A stretch of DNA of 63,467 bases, the filler included, from Vannella sp. (taxonomy: Eukaryota): assembly GCA_023345925.1 (NCBI GenBank). It is 7 parts of 7 records of this genome, joined end to end, with 100 filler letters (N's around TTAATTAATTAA, not from the genome) between each part and the next. Parts side by side here need not be neighbours in the genome. Positions count along the whole stretch, not along the records: positions 17,654 to 39,630 come from JAJQQN010000999.1; positions 39,731 to 47,117 come from JAJQQN010000391.1; 5 more parts are not named here. One strand, 5' to 3'. A program made the translations under genes and the position numbers. Under the pieces are notes generated by a model. It had not been told where the DNA came from. It made no database searches and worked only from the letters and a program-made list of their open reading frames with translations. Of this stretch, positions 32,776-42,700 are shown one piece after another. Position 1 is the first letter of the stretch, and each line of letters begins with the position of its first letter.

Positions 32776-35700
32776 TTAGCAGACGGAAACAACAAAGTCC
32801 GAGTGAATCTCAACACCAAAGTAGGAGCCGGAGATGAGAAGAACAGAGAACTTATACTCTCCTGCAACGTCGGGGGTAATGAATTCGAGGGAGCAAGTCA
32901 TCCTGTTGCGGAGTGGCACTCGGCGAACACTCAAAACCTCGTTGAATTCGAGGTCAGCCAAAAGAAGGAACCAATTCTCCGTTGTCTTCTTCGGGAAGTG
33001 GGGCGAGTACACCACTTTCCTCTCTTTTGAGTGCCGCTGAAGATCGACAGCGATTGAGATTGTTTCACAAGTCTTTGCCGAAGCAGGCGCTTTGGCAATT
33101 CTCACAGAAATCCGGGGGAACATGGGAAGCTCTTTGGCAAGCTTGTTGAACTTTGGGGTTGGGAGATGAGGCTTAAGAACTCGCAGGACAGTGTCAGGGC
33201 GAGCAGTGACGTCATTAATGCTCTTCAAGCCTGACTGCGCGAGTAATTGGGTTGCCTTTTCGTCCACACAGGGTAAGAGAGTCAGAGAGTTTGTGTCAAA
33301 CCAACATGCCTGTACAATCATCTGAAGGAGTGTAATAACATTGCGCGTTGTTTCAAGATAACCCTGGTCTGCAGCCACATCAATCATTGCTTGGAGAATA
33401 CGAATAGCTTGGTCAAGCACAGAGAGCGTGTCGGTCTTGTAGTCTACAATTGGCAGAGACAAGTGCGAGAAGTGAGCCTGAAGCAGCAAATTGGCCTTTG
33501 TGTGAGGATCCTCGAAGGAGAATTCATCCACTTCGTTGCGGACTTGGCCAGCCAGCTCTTCATTGAGGAACTCTTCATTATGTCGGACAGGCAGCTCGTC
33601 GTACTCAGCAGTGGAAGTCAATGTTTTGAGGAGCGATTCGATAGAAGAGTCCTCCTTTATCTCATTGTGGAAGAGATTCACTGAGCGATAACTCAGATAA
33701 TAGTACGAAGCGATAATTCCCGCTGTGAGAGGAGTAACAGTCCCATCTTCTGCACTAATCTCAATACAATGAGCCACTTCCAAGTCCCTCAAGGTAAACT
33801 CAATCTTGTCGGATAAGAAGAGCTCAAGGGAGTTGCCTTGCAATGAACTAATCCCATAGTAACTGGGATTGTGCAGGATACGCCGGTAAAGGAAGGTCCA
33901 AGTGAGATAGTCCATGCAGTCTTGCTTGGAAGAGATCATGCCAGAGACAATCTCTGCATTCAGATGGTCATGAAGGCAGTTCATCAGTGAAGATTCCACT
34001 GGGAAAGGCTCGTAAAGGAACTTGCGGTAGAAGTTCTTTCTCGGTTCGTGAACAAGAATTACAGCCACTCCTCGGTCATCAAACTGGGGGCGTCCAGCCC
34101 GTCCCATCATTTGCATGACATCTGTGATAGGGAAATCAACATAACGCTTCTCCTTGGCATCGTAGAACTCTGTTCCTTTGATGACGACAAGATGCGCTGG
34201 CAAGTTCACGCCCCACGCTAGTGTGGAGGTTGTGATGAGAATCTGGATCTTCTGATGGTGGAAGAGCTCTTCCACCATTGTCCTATCCGAGGTAGAGAGA
34301 CCTGCGTGATGCATTCCCACCCCGAACTTGAGGGTTTGGCGCAAAGTGTCATCAGCAATGAGCCTGCCAACGTCTTCAGTGTCCTCAACGCTCATGCGGT
34401 TCCAAGAAGGAGGCGTGTCACTGGCTAGTGCCAAGTTAATCAGTTCCAAGCCAGTCAAGCGCGTTTGTCGTCGAGAAGACACAAAGACGAGGACTGGCTT
34501 GTAAGGTGAATGTTCCTGAATTGCTAAATACGTGGGGCGATTCATTGTGGCCATTCGGGGGCAATAATGCCTTCCAGGGAAGCCTGCTAGATGTGCCTCT
34601 AAGGGAATAGGACGAATAGAAGGCTTAAAGTTGTACAAACCAACCCGGTCAATCCCCAGCCAATCCGCAAGGTCTAAGGGATTGGCCACGGACGTGCTAA
34701 GCCCAATGATGCGACAAGTGTGATTGAGCTGAGTAGCGATATAACGCATTCGTGAGACAATCACTTCAAGGATGGGACCACGGTCTTGTCCCAGCATGTG
34801 AATCTCGTCAATGATGACGAGAGCCACTTTTTGGACATATTTCCTCTGTTTCCAGCTACGGCTGACACCATCCCACTTTTCAGGAGTGGTCAGAATGATG
34901 TCTGAGCGCTTTAAAGCCTCCAAGTCAGGTGTGACATCTCCTGTAAGCTCTTCGACGTGCCGTCCTAGCTTCCCTCCAAACTTCTTGCTCCAATCTCGGA
35001 TGCGTTCCTTCACAAGTGCCTTGAGAGGGCCAATGTAGACAATCTTTGCTCCAGGATACGTGTTAAACACTCGGAGGATTCCCAACTCACCAATAGTAGT
35101 TTTACCACTGCCCGTAGGGGCTCCCAGGAGCACATTGTGGTCAGTGTGCATGAGAACGTGGAAGAGTTGAGTTTGGATGGGGTTAAAGTGCTGGAAGGAG
35201 AAGATCTTTTCATACTCTGGGTTTTGCAGAGCTGTTCGTGGTAAGGGTGTGAGCTCTAGGAGAGGAGTGGGCGGGAATATCTCCCCTGGAAGGACAAGAC
35301 CGTCTAAATTCACTGAAGTCTCAGACTCAGACCCGAGCCAGCGGTCAGAGACCGCTCGGATGATGTAGAAAGGCGGCCGAGGATCAGGAACAGGAATATC
35401 GAACTCCAGGAAATGACTTTCGCGGCGCTTATCTCTTTGAAGGAGGAAATATTGCTTCTCAAAGATCATCTCTGCGTCTTCTACCCAAATCCAGAAGGGC
35501 TCTACGGTTCCATGAGTGTTGTTGTCCCACTTAAAGTCACCATAAAGCTCCACGCGAATCTTGATCACAGTATTGGTGATGGGCTGAACAGTGGCATCAA
35601 GGGACAGATAAGGAACCCGAGAGACAAACTCGGCAATCAAATCTCCCTGCTTGGGATGATTAATCATGTTCCCAATCTCCAAGGGAGTCATGTCAATCAT

Positions 35701-38700
35701 CCGGTCCAATGTGAGTCTCTTCTCCTCAAGCTTTAAGAGAGTTGCAGGACGAAGACCGAACTGATGGAGTGGATGCTGCTTCCACCAGACTCGGCGATCG
35801 ATCATTTTGCACCATTGCAGCAGCTCGTAGGTCAAGGCAGGATACCCTCGATACATTGAGATCTCAGCCAGCCCGCGGAAGATGCGGGAAGCGTTCTTGA
35901 CGACATAGGCCGAGTCAGAGACCAACGCAAAGTTGCGGAACTCTGCCTTAGAGAGATAGGCCTGAAGGAGAATGTTAACCTTTCCATAGGCATTCTCCAC
36001 ATTGCCTTCAATAGGAAGGACCAAGCAATTGGTGTCTCTCAGATGCTCTAGCTCTCCAAACTCTTCTTCGCGCACAGCAATCTGTGAGAATTCATGAGCT
36101 TGGCTTACCATGGAAAGGACCTTAGACTTGGACATGTTGTTGCTCAGCTTCTGGTCAAAGGCTTCGATAGTCTCATGTTCGATATAGTAGTTCGCTGCTA
36201 CTCGCCCCAAGTGCGTGATGTTAAGTGCACCAGAATCTGAAACATAGCGAACCATGCGGCATTTGTGGAGGGTGCGAGCGGCCTTGCGGAGGCACTCATA
36301 CCGATATTGGAGGAGTGTCGGATCGCGGTCGCGGGTCACTTGAGGTATGCCGTATTGGAGGGGGTTCTTCATCATTCGAACGAACCAATAGGTGTAAGAC
36401 AACCATGTCACAGCTTCGTCAATGGAAGTTACCGTTCCCAAGGCAATCTCTGCATTGAGATTATCCTCCAACCGCGAAATGAACTGACTTTCGATGGGCA
36501 ATTGATGTCCCAGAAGTCTCAGATACTTCTGCGCCTTCTCCTCAGTAGTAATGATCATTCCATCCCCACTGCTGTCGAATTGGGGACGCCCAGCACGGCC
36601 AAAGATCTGCATAATGTCTAACATTCCCACATCCATAAAAGCACCATGTTTGGCGTCATAAATCTGAGTGCCTTTGATGATAACAGTATGAGCAGGGAGA
36701 TTCACTCCCCACGCCAGAGTCGCTGTGGTGACAAGAACCTTAATCACTCCTTGGGAAAACAGTCTCTCCACAAGGTTACGATCCGAGCGGAGCATACCGG
36801 CATTGTGGGTACCAAACCCACATTCAAGAAGAGGCTTCAGTTGGTTATTCCGCGACCTGGCTAGATCCTGAGAGAAGGTCTTCTGGTCTACCTGATCGAC
36901 ACCAAAAAAGTCCGCGGCAGTGCCGTTCTCCCGAGCCATCTCGAGAAGAGTTTGAGCAGTCTTGAACGTGTCATTGCGAGAATGAACAAAGACCATCACC
37001 TGGTGGCCGTGGTTGATGGCTTCATAGCACTTCTCGTAGGCAATAGCGTTCATCAAGATCTTCTGCTGCGCATGGTTCTTGTCTGGGATGCCAATAAAGG
37101 TCTGGGTAAGTGGCACTGGACGATAAGAAGCGTCAAAGTAGAATAAGCCAGTTGGTGGATCCACCCGCAGGAAGGTGGCGACGTCAATATAGTTAGGAAG
37201 GGTTGCAGAGAGTCCCACAATCCGAATGACCTTCTGAGAAGTCTCCATCTGCCGGAGAGTGCGAGCGACAATGGTTTCAATAACTGGGCCTCGTTCTTCA
37301 TGTAAAAGGTGAACTTCATCGAAGATGAGAAGCTTAACCAAGTCCACAAACGCTATGTCTGACGACTTGCGAGTGGTAAAGTCCCACTTTTCGGGTGTGG
37401 TGACGATAATCTGAGTCTCTTCAAGCTCACGCTTGGTGAGAGACATGTCTCCAGTGAATTCACGGACTTTGATTCCCAAGTAAGTCAGTCTCTTGGAGAA
37501 TCCAGCGACCATTTCGGCAGCAAGAGCCTTCATGGGCGCCACATAAACAATCTTGAACCCATCTAGGTCGAGATAGCCATGGTTGTAGTGTTGCTTGATC
37601 TCCTGGAGCATTGCAAGGCAAGCTACATTCGTTTTACCAGCACCAGTTGGAGCACAGACGAGCAGATTGATGTTGGAATTGTAAGCCGCTTCAAAAATAC
37701 ACGACTGGATACGGTTAAAGTATCTGAACCCACGGAAAGCCTCTTGTGCCCAATCATCAAGGTTGCCAATTGGCACAAGTTCCTTATTTGAGATGGCTGG
37801 TAACTGAGTGTAGGGGACTGTGTACTCTTGGTACCTCTTTGTGCTACGAATCCGAGTGTTTGGAGGAAGTCCCGGTGTCCCACTGGAATGCTCTTTGTAC
37901 GGAGTTATCAAAACGCCCGAAGCGGTCCGTGCCTCTTCACGCTGGGAGGAATCAGAGAGATTCTGGAGCAAGGGATCCATCAGAAGGACATTTCTGTTAG
38001 TAATCTGATAGTGGAAAACCTCTTTGGAGTTGTGGCCAGTCTCTTGACTACGAGGCTCCATCGAAGCATCGTGGAATGTCTGTTTCTTCCCTTTCTTGCG
38101 GTCGCGACTCTTCAGACGCTGAAGGCGCTTCTCCTCTTCTGTGTTAATGATGAAACTGCTGTTCATGTGGTTGCCAGGAATGTCCTGATTGATCGTAGCT
38201 TTGTGAGCAGAGACTGCCAAATGCATCAATTGGGCACGATACTCGATGAGGACTTGAACAAATTCAAAGCCGCTGTCCCCCAAGATGGCAAAGAGAGTCT
38301 CTGCTATCTCTCCTTCGTTGCTGTTCTCCATAATGATCTGGTAGATGGTCCGAGCCAGCTCGTCGGGACCGTATTCACTGTCAGTGACGATTGTATACCT
38401 CTGGCATTGGCGAGGAAGCCAGCCGGGGTCTACCGGCTCATGACGGGCAAAGTTCATCACCCAAAGCCGGGGATCCGCTTGGTCCTGATCCACTGTCTTC
38501 CGCACACCAGTAGAGACAAGGACAACCTTCTCCTTTTGAGACGGAAGAGCGGAGCGGTTCTCCATTGGAATGAAGGACTTGCTAGGGCGATAGTTCAAAG
38601 AGAGGGTTCCCCCGTACTCCACGCCCTTCACCCTCTTGCCCTTTAAGTCATCAACTTCAATTGGGCTCTCCTTTGCCCCCTCCGACTCTTTGACGTCTTG

Positions 38701-39270
38701 CCTGGCTGATCGTTTCCATTCTGCCAGCTGAAGGGCCAGCTCTTGAGCTTGTTTGAGGAGAGAGTCCTGAACAGAGCCAAAGTACTCTTTCAAACCCTCT
38801 CTGGACCCCTGTGAGTCTCTCGTCCGGCCATGGGAGGTTGAAGCGTACTTCTTCTGGTTCAAAGTCGTCTCCTGGTTCAAGACGGTGTTGTACACCACAT
38901 AAGAGCTACTGTGAAGCTGGTCTGGATCAGTTTGGTCGTCACCAATGATCTGGAGCACCACGTTGATGAACTTTCGGAACTCTTGCTGCATCTTGGTGTC
39001 CTTGGCGCTCTCTTCTGCATTGTGTGTCAGCGAGGAGGTCAAAAGAGTACGAGAGTTTTTACCAGAAAGGCCTTGGGAGAAGATCTTCCAAGTGAGGCGA
39101 TGAGAAGAGCTCTTCTGCGACTCCCTTTGCCTTTGTTTGGACTTGATTGCGATCGCACGCCTCCGATGAAGAATCTGAGAGTCCAACGAAGGGGTTTCTC
39201 CAACACTTACAAATGCTCGAAGCATCCCCGTCAATGAAGGAGACTCCACAGCTTTCGACCTGCCCGCCAT
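32776..39270 (-). CDS. ASCC3: ASCC3/Slh1 Ski2-like tandem-cassette helicase; probable in-frame 48-nt intron 38801-38848
   Basis: Two helicase cassettes (APTGAGKT/DEVH and APTGSGKT/DEIH), each followed by a Sec63 domain; 'HYCPRMATMN' is ASCC3-type rather than Brr2-type. Confidence 0.93.
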   Translation of the reverse strand: MAGRSKAVESPSLTGMLRAFVSVGETPSLDSQILHRRRAIAIKSKQRQRESQKSSSHRLTWKIFSQGLSGKNSRTLLTSSLTHNAEESAKDTKMQQEFRKFINVVLQIIGDDQTDPDQLHSSSYVVYNTVLNQETTLNQKKYASTSHGRTRDSQGSREGLKEYFGSVQDSLLKQAQELALQLAEWKRSARQDVKESEGAKESPIEVDDLKGKRVKGVEYGGTLSLNYRPSKSFIPMENRSALPSQKEKVVLVSTGVRKTVDQDQADPRLWVMNFARHEPVDPGWLPRQCQRYTIVTDSEYGPDELARTIYQIIMENSNEGEIAETLFAILGDSGFEFVQVLIEYRAQLMHLAVSAHKATINQDIPGNHMNSSFIINTEEEKRLQRLKSRDRKKGKKQTFHDASMEPRSQETGHNSKEVFHYQITNRNVLLMDPLLQNLSDSSQREEARTASGVLITPYKEHSSGTPGLPPNTRIRSTKRYQEYTVPYTQLPAISNKELVPIGNLDDWAQEAFRGFRYFNRIQSCIFEAAYNSNINLLVCAPTGAGKTNVACLAMLQEIKQHYNHGYLDLDGFKIVYVAPMKALAAEMVAGFSKRLTYLGIKVREFTGDMSLTKRELEETQIIVTTPEKWDFTTRKSSDIAFVDLVKLLIFDEVHLLHEERGPVIETIVARTLRQMETSQKVIRIVGLSATLPNYIDVATFLRVDPPTGLFYFDASYRPVPLTQTFIGIPDKNHAQQKILMNAIAYEKCYEAINHGHQVMVFVHSRNDTFKTAQTLLEMARENGTAADFFGVDQVDQKTFSQDLARSRNNQLKPLLECGFGTHNAGMLRSDRNLVERLFSQGVIKVLVTTATLAWGVNLPAHTVIIKGTQIYDAKHGAFMDVGMLDIMQIFGRAGRPQFDSSGDGMIITTEEKAQKYLRLLGHQLPIESQFISRLEDNLNAEIALGTVTSIDEAVTWLSYTYWFVRMMKNPLQYGIPQVTRDRDPTLLQYRYECLRKAARTLHKCRMVRYVSDSGALNITHLGRVAANYYIEHETIEAFDQKLSNNMSKSKVLSMVSQAHEFSQIAVREEEFGELEHLRDTNCLVLPIEGNVENAYGKVNILLQAYLSKAEFRNFALVSDSAYVVKNASRIFRGLAEISMYRGYPALTYELLQWCKMIDRRVWWKQHPLHQFGLRPATLLKLEEKRLTLDRMIDMTPLEIGNMINHPKQGDLIAEFVSRVPYLSLDATVQPITNTVIKIRVELYGDFKWDNNTHGTVEPFWIWVEDAEMIFEKQYFLLQRDKRRESHFLEFDIPVPDPRPPFYIIRAVSDRWLGSESETSVNLDGLVLPGEIFPPTPLLELTPLPRTALQNPEYEKIFSFQHFNPIQTQLFHVLMHTDHNVLLGAPTGSGKTTIGELGILRVFNTYPGAKIVYIGPLKALVKERIRDWSKKFGGKLGRHVEELTGDVTPDLEALKRSDIILTTPEKWDGVSRSWKQRKYVQKVALVIIDEIHMLGQDRGPILEVIVSRMRYIATQLNHTCRIIGLSTSVANPLDLADWLGIDRVGLYNFKPSIRPIPLEAHLAGFPGRHYCPRMATMNRPTYLAIQEHSPYKPVLVFVSSRRQTRLTGLELINLALASDTPPSWNRMSVEDTEDVGRLIADDTLRQTLKFGVGMHHAGLSTSDRTMVEELFHHQKIQILITTSTLAWGVNLPAHLVVIKGTEFYDAKEKRYVDFPITDVMQMMGRAGRPQFDDRGVAVILVHEPRKNFYRKFLYEPFPVESSLMNCLHDHLNAEIVSGMISSKQDCMDYLTWTFLYRRILHNPSYYGISSLQGNSLELFLSDKIEFTLRDLEVAHCIEISAEDGTVTPLTAGIIASYYYLSYRSVNLFHNEIKEDSSIESLLKTLTSTAEYDELPVRHNEEFLNEELAGQVRNEVDEFSFEDPHTKANLLLQAHFSHLSLPIVDYKTDTLSVLDQAIRILQAMIDVAADQGYLETTRNVITLLQMIVQACWFDTNSLTLLPCVDEKATQLLAQSGLKSINDVTARPDTVLRVLKPHLPTPKFNKLAKELPMFPRISVRIAKAPASAKTCETISIAVDLQRHSKERKVVYSPHFPKKTTENWFLLLADLEFNEVLSVRRVPLRNRMTCSLEFITPDVAGEYKFSVLLISGSYFGVEIHSDFVVSVC

Positions 39271-39430
39271 TGCCAGAGCGAAAAAATGGAATAAATGGAG
39301 AATGGCCCTTCTCCCTATTTCTCACTTTTTGAGCATTTGAAAAGCATGGCGACGCCCCGGGTCGCTATAAGGATTTTCCACTTTTTCGCAATTAATTAAT
39401 TAATTCTTCATTTTGGGCAGTTCTAGCGAT

Positions 39431-39441
39431 CTGATTGGCTG
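39431..39441. promoter_or_regulatory. CCAAT/Y-box (CTGATTGGCTG) upstream of ASCC3
   Basis: NF-Y consensus about 160 bp upstream of the ATG. Confidence 0.4.
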
Positions 39442-39630
39442 CTAGCCCTGAAAAGGGTCGTTTGGGGAGGAGATCCCGTTCGAAATAACCAAACGTCCAC
39501 TTTTGACATCATCTGTTTGCAGTCCAGCTGGGTCTTACAAGTGGCAGGGAATGTCCTGAACCAACTCTCACGTTCAAGAACAGTATCTTTATCGAAGTGG
39601 GACGAGCCGGGGTTCCCTGTTGCCCCGGGG

Positions 39631-39730
39631 NNNNNNNNNNNNNNNNNNNNNNNNNNNNNNNNNNNNNNNNNNNNTTAATTAATTAANNNNNNNNNNNNNN
39701 NNNNNNNNNNNNNNNNNNNNNNNNNNNNNN
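39631..39730. other. Artificial contig linker
   Basis: N44-TTAATTAATTAA-N44. Confidence 0.97.
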
Positions 39731-42700
39731 GTCTTTTGGAAGCTCCATGCTCTTGGACTGGTCAATCACAAAGATGTAATGTTTGGGCTCTGGGCGGTAA
39801 ACCTTCACCTGATTCAGCAAGCATTGCCTTGAGTATTGAGTCTCAAATTGAGCCTGAATGAAGTTCTCCATCGACTCTGTGAGATCTGTGATGGCGATAG
39901 AGATCCATTGCACTTTCCGGGCAAGGAGAAGACGAAGTACCTCTGCGTAGGAATCCATAGAGACATCTTGGTGGTGGTCTATTTGATCATCTTGGATGAA
40001 CCCATGGCCAGGTGCATCACAGATATGAATGAGGAAGCGGTTATCTGTGCGTGAGCTTTGACTAAAGATGGCATCAGCTTGCCTCAAGGCTCCCAGAACA
40101 TCTTCAGCAGCGTCGCCGCCTCCTTCCCAATCCATTTCCCTGAACGCTCCTTGAAGTTCAGGAATGTTTCTGGTGAATTTGCGTTGGAAATGTTCGATCT
40201 CCTGTCCTTCCGCGTAATCTCGATAAGCCACAAGCGCAAACTCTAGGGCGACTGAACTTCCAAACTGTTCGGCGATATGATTGGACAGGTCTTCTTGGAT
40301 CAGTCTCATTTGCTCCGTAATAGTGGCTCGGTAAGGTCGCATACTTCCAGTCACATCAATGCAGAAGAGGACTTGAATGAGCGAGCTCGCAGCAGAGTCT
40401 GTCACTTTAAGGTGGGCTGACGACTTAAGGTGGGCAAGAGCAGATCCGAGAGAAGGTTTCATATCTTTCAATGTCTTGGAGACATAATCCTTGTACGCCC
40501 CCCTTTGTAACTTCCTGGAGTCGAGTACAAGATCATCCAGGCTGCCTTGAGATCCACCAACTTCAAAGACTCCTCGCAGTGCCTCATGGAGTCGTTCCGG
40601 AGTGCCGGAATAGGCCCACTCAGGGTAACGCTCGAAGTCAAAGTGATCGCCTCCCACTCCAAGAGCAGTCACTCGGATTGAGTGCTGTTGTGCCCAGTAC
40701 AGCCCCTCAGTGACTCTTCGTGGATGAGACGAAAGGCCGTCAGTCAAAACAAAGACGTTTCGGCCTCCCCTGGTCCGAGAGTTCTTCAGGATATCAACGG
40801 CAAGTAAGATCGCATCTCCATCGTTTGAGCGGAAGTCTTCATATCTGGCAGTTCCGGGTTGGGGAATGGAGCTGAGGACATGTTGCAGAACCTTCGGACT
40901 GAGTGGCTCTGCTTCAGGTTTCAGCACTTGAAGTTTCTCATTGAAGCTAATGATTGATACTAAAGAGATGGACAGTTCCTCGAGAGCAGCCAAGAGAGTG
41001 AGTAAGACCGTTCTGAATGAGTCAGTTTGGTCGCCTCGAACAGACAATGACGTATCCAGTGCAATGCAAACAGCGTACTCTCTACGGCCACCTCTTTGCT
41101 TGGCGCTGTAGAACTTTTTGTAGTTAAAGTCAGAGAGAACAGCTTTGATCAAACCGGGAAGATAAAGTGACGATCCCTTGGTGCTACTAGTGCGGCGAGT
41201 GGGAACATTGGGAGGGAAAAGATAAGTGTCCAAAATATTTCTCATTCCGGAGATTTGAGGGAACAGGCCCGCCAGTGCGTTCTTATGAGCTGCTTCGAAG
41301 TCTCCCACTTGGTGGGTGCTCCACGAGTCTCTCTGGCGGTTCAAAAGATTCAAGTGATGTTCAAGCGCTTTGGTGCCTTCTTGGCTGGCCTCCCAATCTT
41401 TGATGACATCTTGCAGGAAAGGAATGTCCTTGAGGGGCGAACTCAAAACCAATGCTCTCCTTTTCTGCAGGTCAGCTGCTCGGTCACCTTCGGACAGAAT
41501 TTTCTCTTTCTCTTGGACTGTGACTTGTTGAAGCGTTTGCAGCAGATCTTCTCGATGAGAGAAGCGGGGATCTTCCAGGCTATATGTAAGGGCTCTACGA
41601 GGTGGAATTTCGGAATCACGATAGTTCTTGAAATGTTTGATCGCCTGCACTAAATCGATCTCTCCCGCTTCTCCAACAGGAATCACTTGGACGCGGCGAT
41701 GGAGTTTCTTCCAAACAGGATCCAAAAGCTTACCTGTGTGGCTTTGCGTGTAGATGACGATAAGATAACAGTCAAGCCTCTCCAGAACGTCCTCATAATT
41801 CTTAGTGACTGTCTCGGTGGTCATTCCGTCTGTGATAAGGAAGATCAAGCGTAAAGTGGAGTCCAATTTGGAGATGAAAACTCCATTTTGGAGCCGCAGT
41901 AAGGCTGATGCGAGATAAGTGGACTGGTCGAATTGAAGACTCTCCAAGAATTGTTGGCCAAACAGGTGTGAGAAGGGCTGATTCTGTTTCTTGATCAGCA
42001 AGTGGCTGTCTTCTTTGTTACCAAAACGACACAAAGCAAAGGGTTGTTCCAGGCGCACGAATGTCTCGCAAAGAAGAACACTAAGGGCTTTGGCATTCTC
42101 TGCCCTTTCTGAAAAGGACATAGAACGAGAGTTGTCCACCAGCACGCAGGACTCAACAAAGGTGTCTCCCAGCACTTTTCGAAGCGATTGCGCCATAATG
42201 CGGCTGTACGCCCCAAGAATTGACTCTGCCAATTGCGTGTACAAAAACTCTTCAATTTCCTCTGGCTGGTCGACTTGTTTGCTCTCTGATTCTTGAATAT
42301 CCATCTTTTCGGCTTCTTCGGTTTTGCCAACATACTGAGCCATTTCATCTTCAATCTGCTCCTCCTCACCAGTGGCAAATCGGACGTTACTCACTGCCTC
42401 TTCAAGATCTTCCGTATTCATGAGCAGAGGTGCTTGGGCAGCCTCAGTCATATTGAGATCCTGATCTCTATCTTGAGGATTTGATCTATTCGGAGCGTAG
42501 GTGGACTCTTGGAAAGGCGGGCTCGAGTCAAATATTGCTTTGGGAGCACTGAGGATAGAGAAGAAGCTGTCAGGGATTTCTCCTGATGTGTCAAAAGGTT
42601 CTGGTTCTTTGTTCATCAGATCTTGGATGTACTGCAAGGTGTCATCCCGTGGCTTCGCAGGCACCTGAGATTCTGGTTGAACCGAGGAGCGAATGACCTG

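Noticed and set aside
39392..39403. TTAATTAATTAA without flanking Ns as a hidden contig join
   Set aside because: Part of a longer (AATT)n run in an AT-rich promoter, with no N padding as in the true linkers
39416..39630. Possible Pol III ncRNA (CCCT-GAAA-AGGG hairpin, GTTCGAAAT B-box-like)
   Set aside because: No cloverleaf or recognisable SRP, RNase P/MRP or snRNA motif, and the region is cut by the contig end. An Rfam search would be needed.
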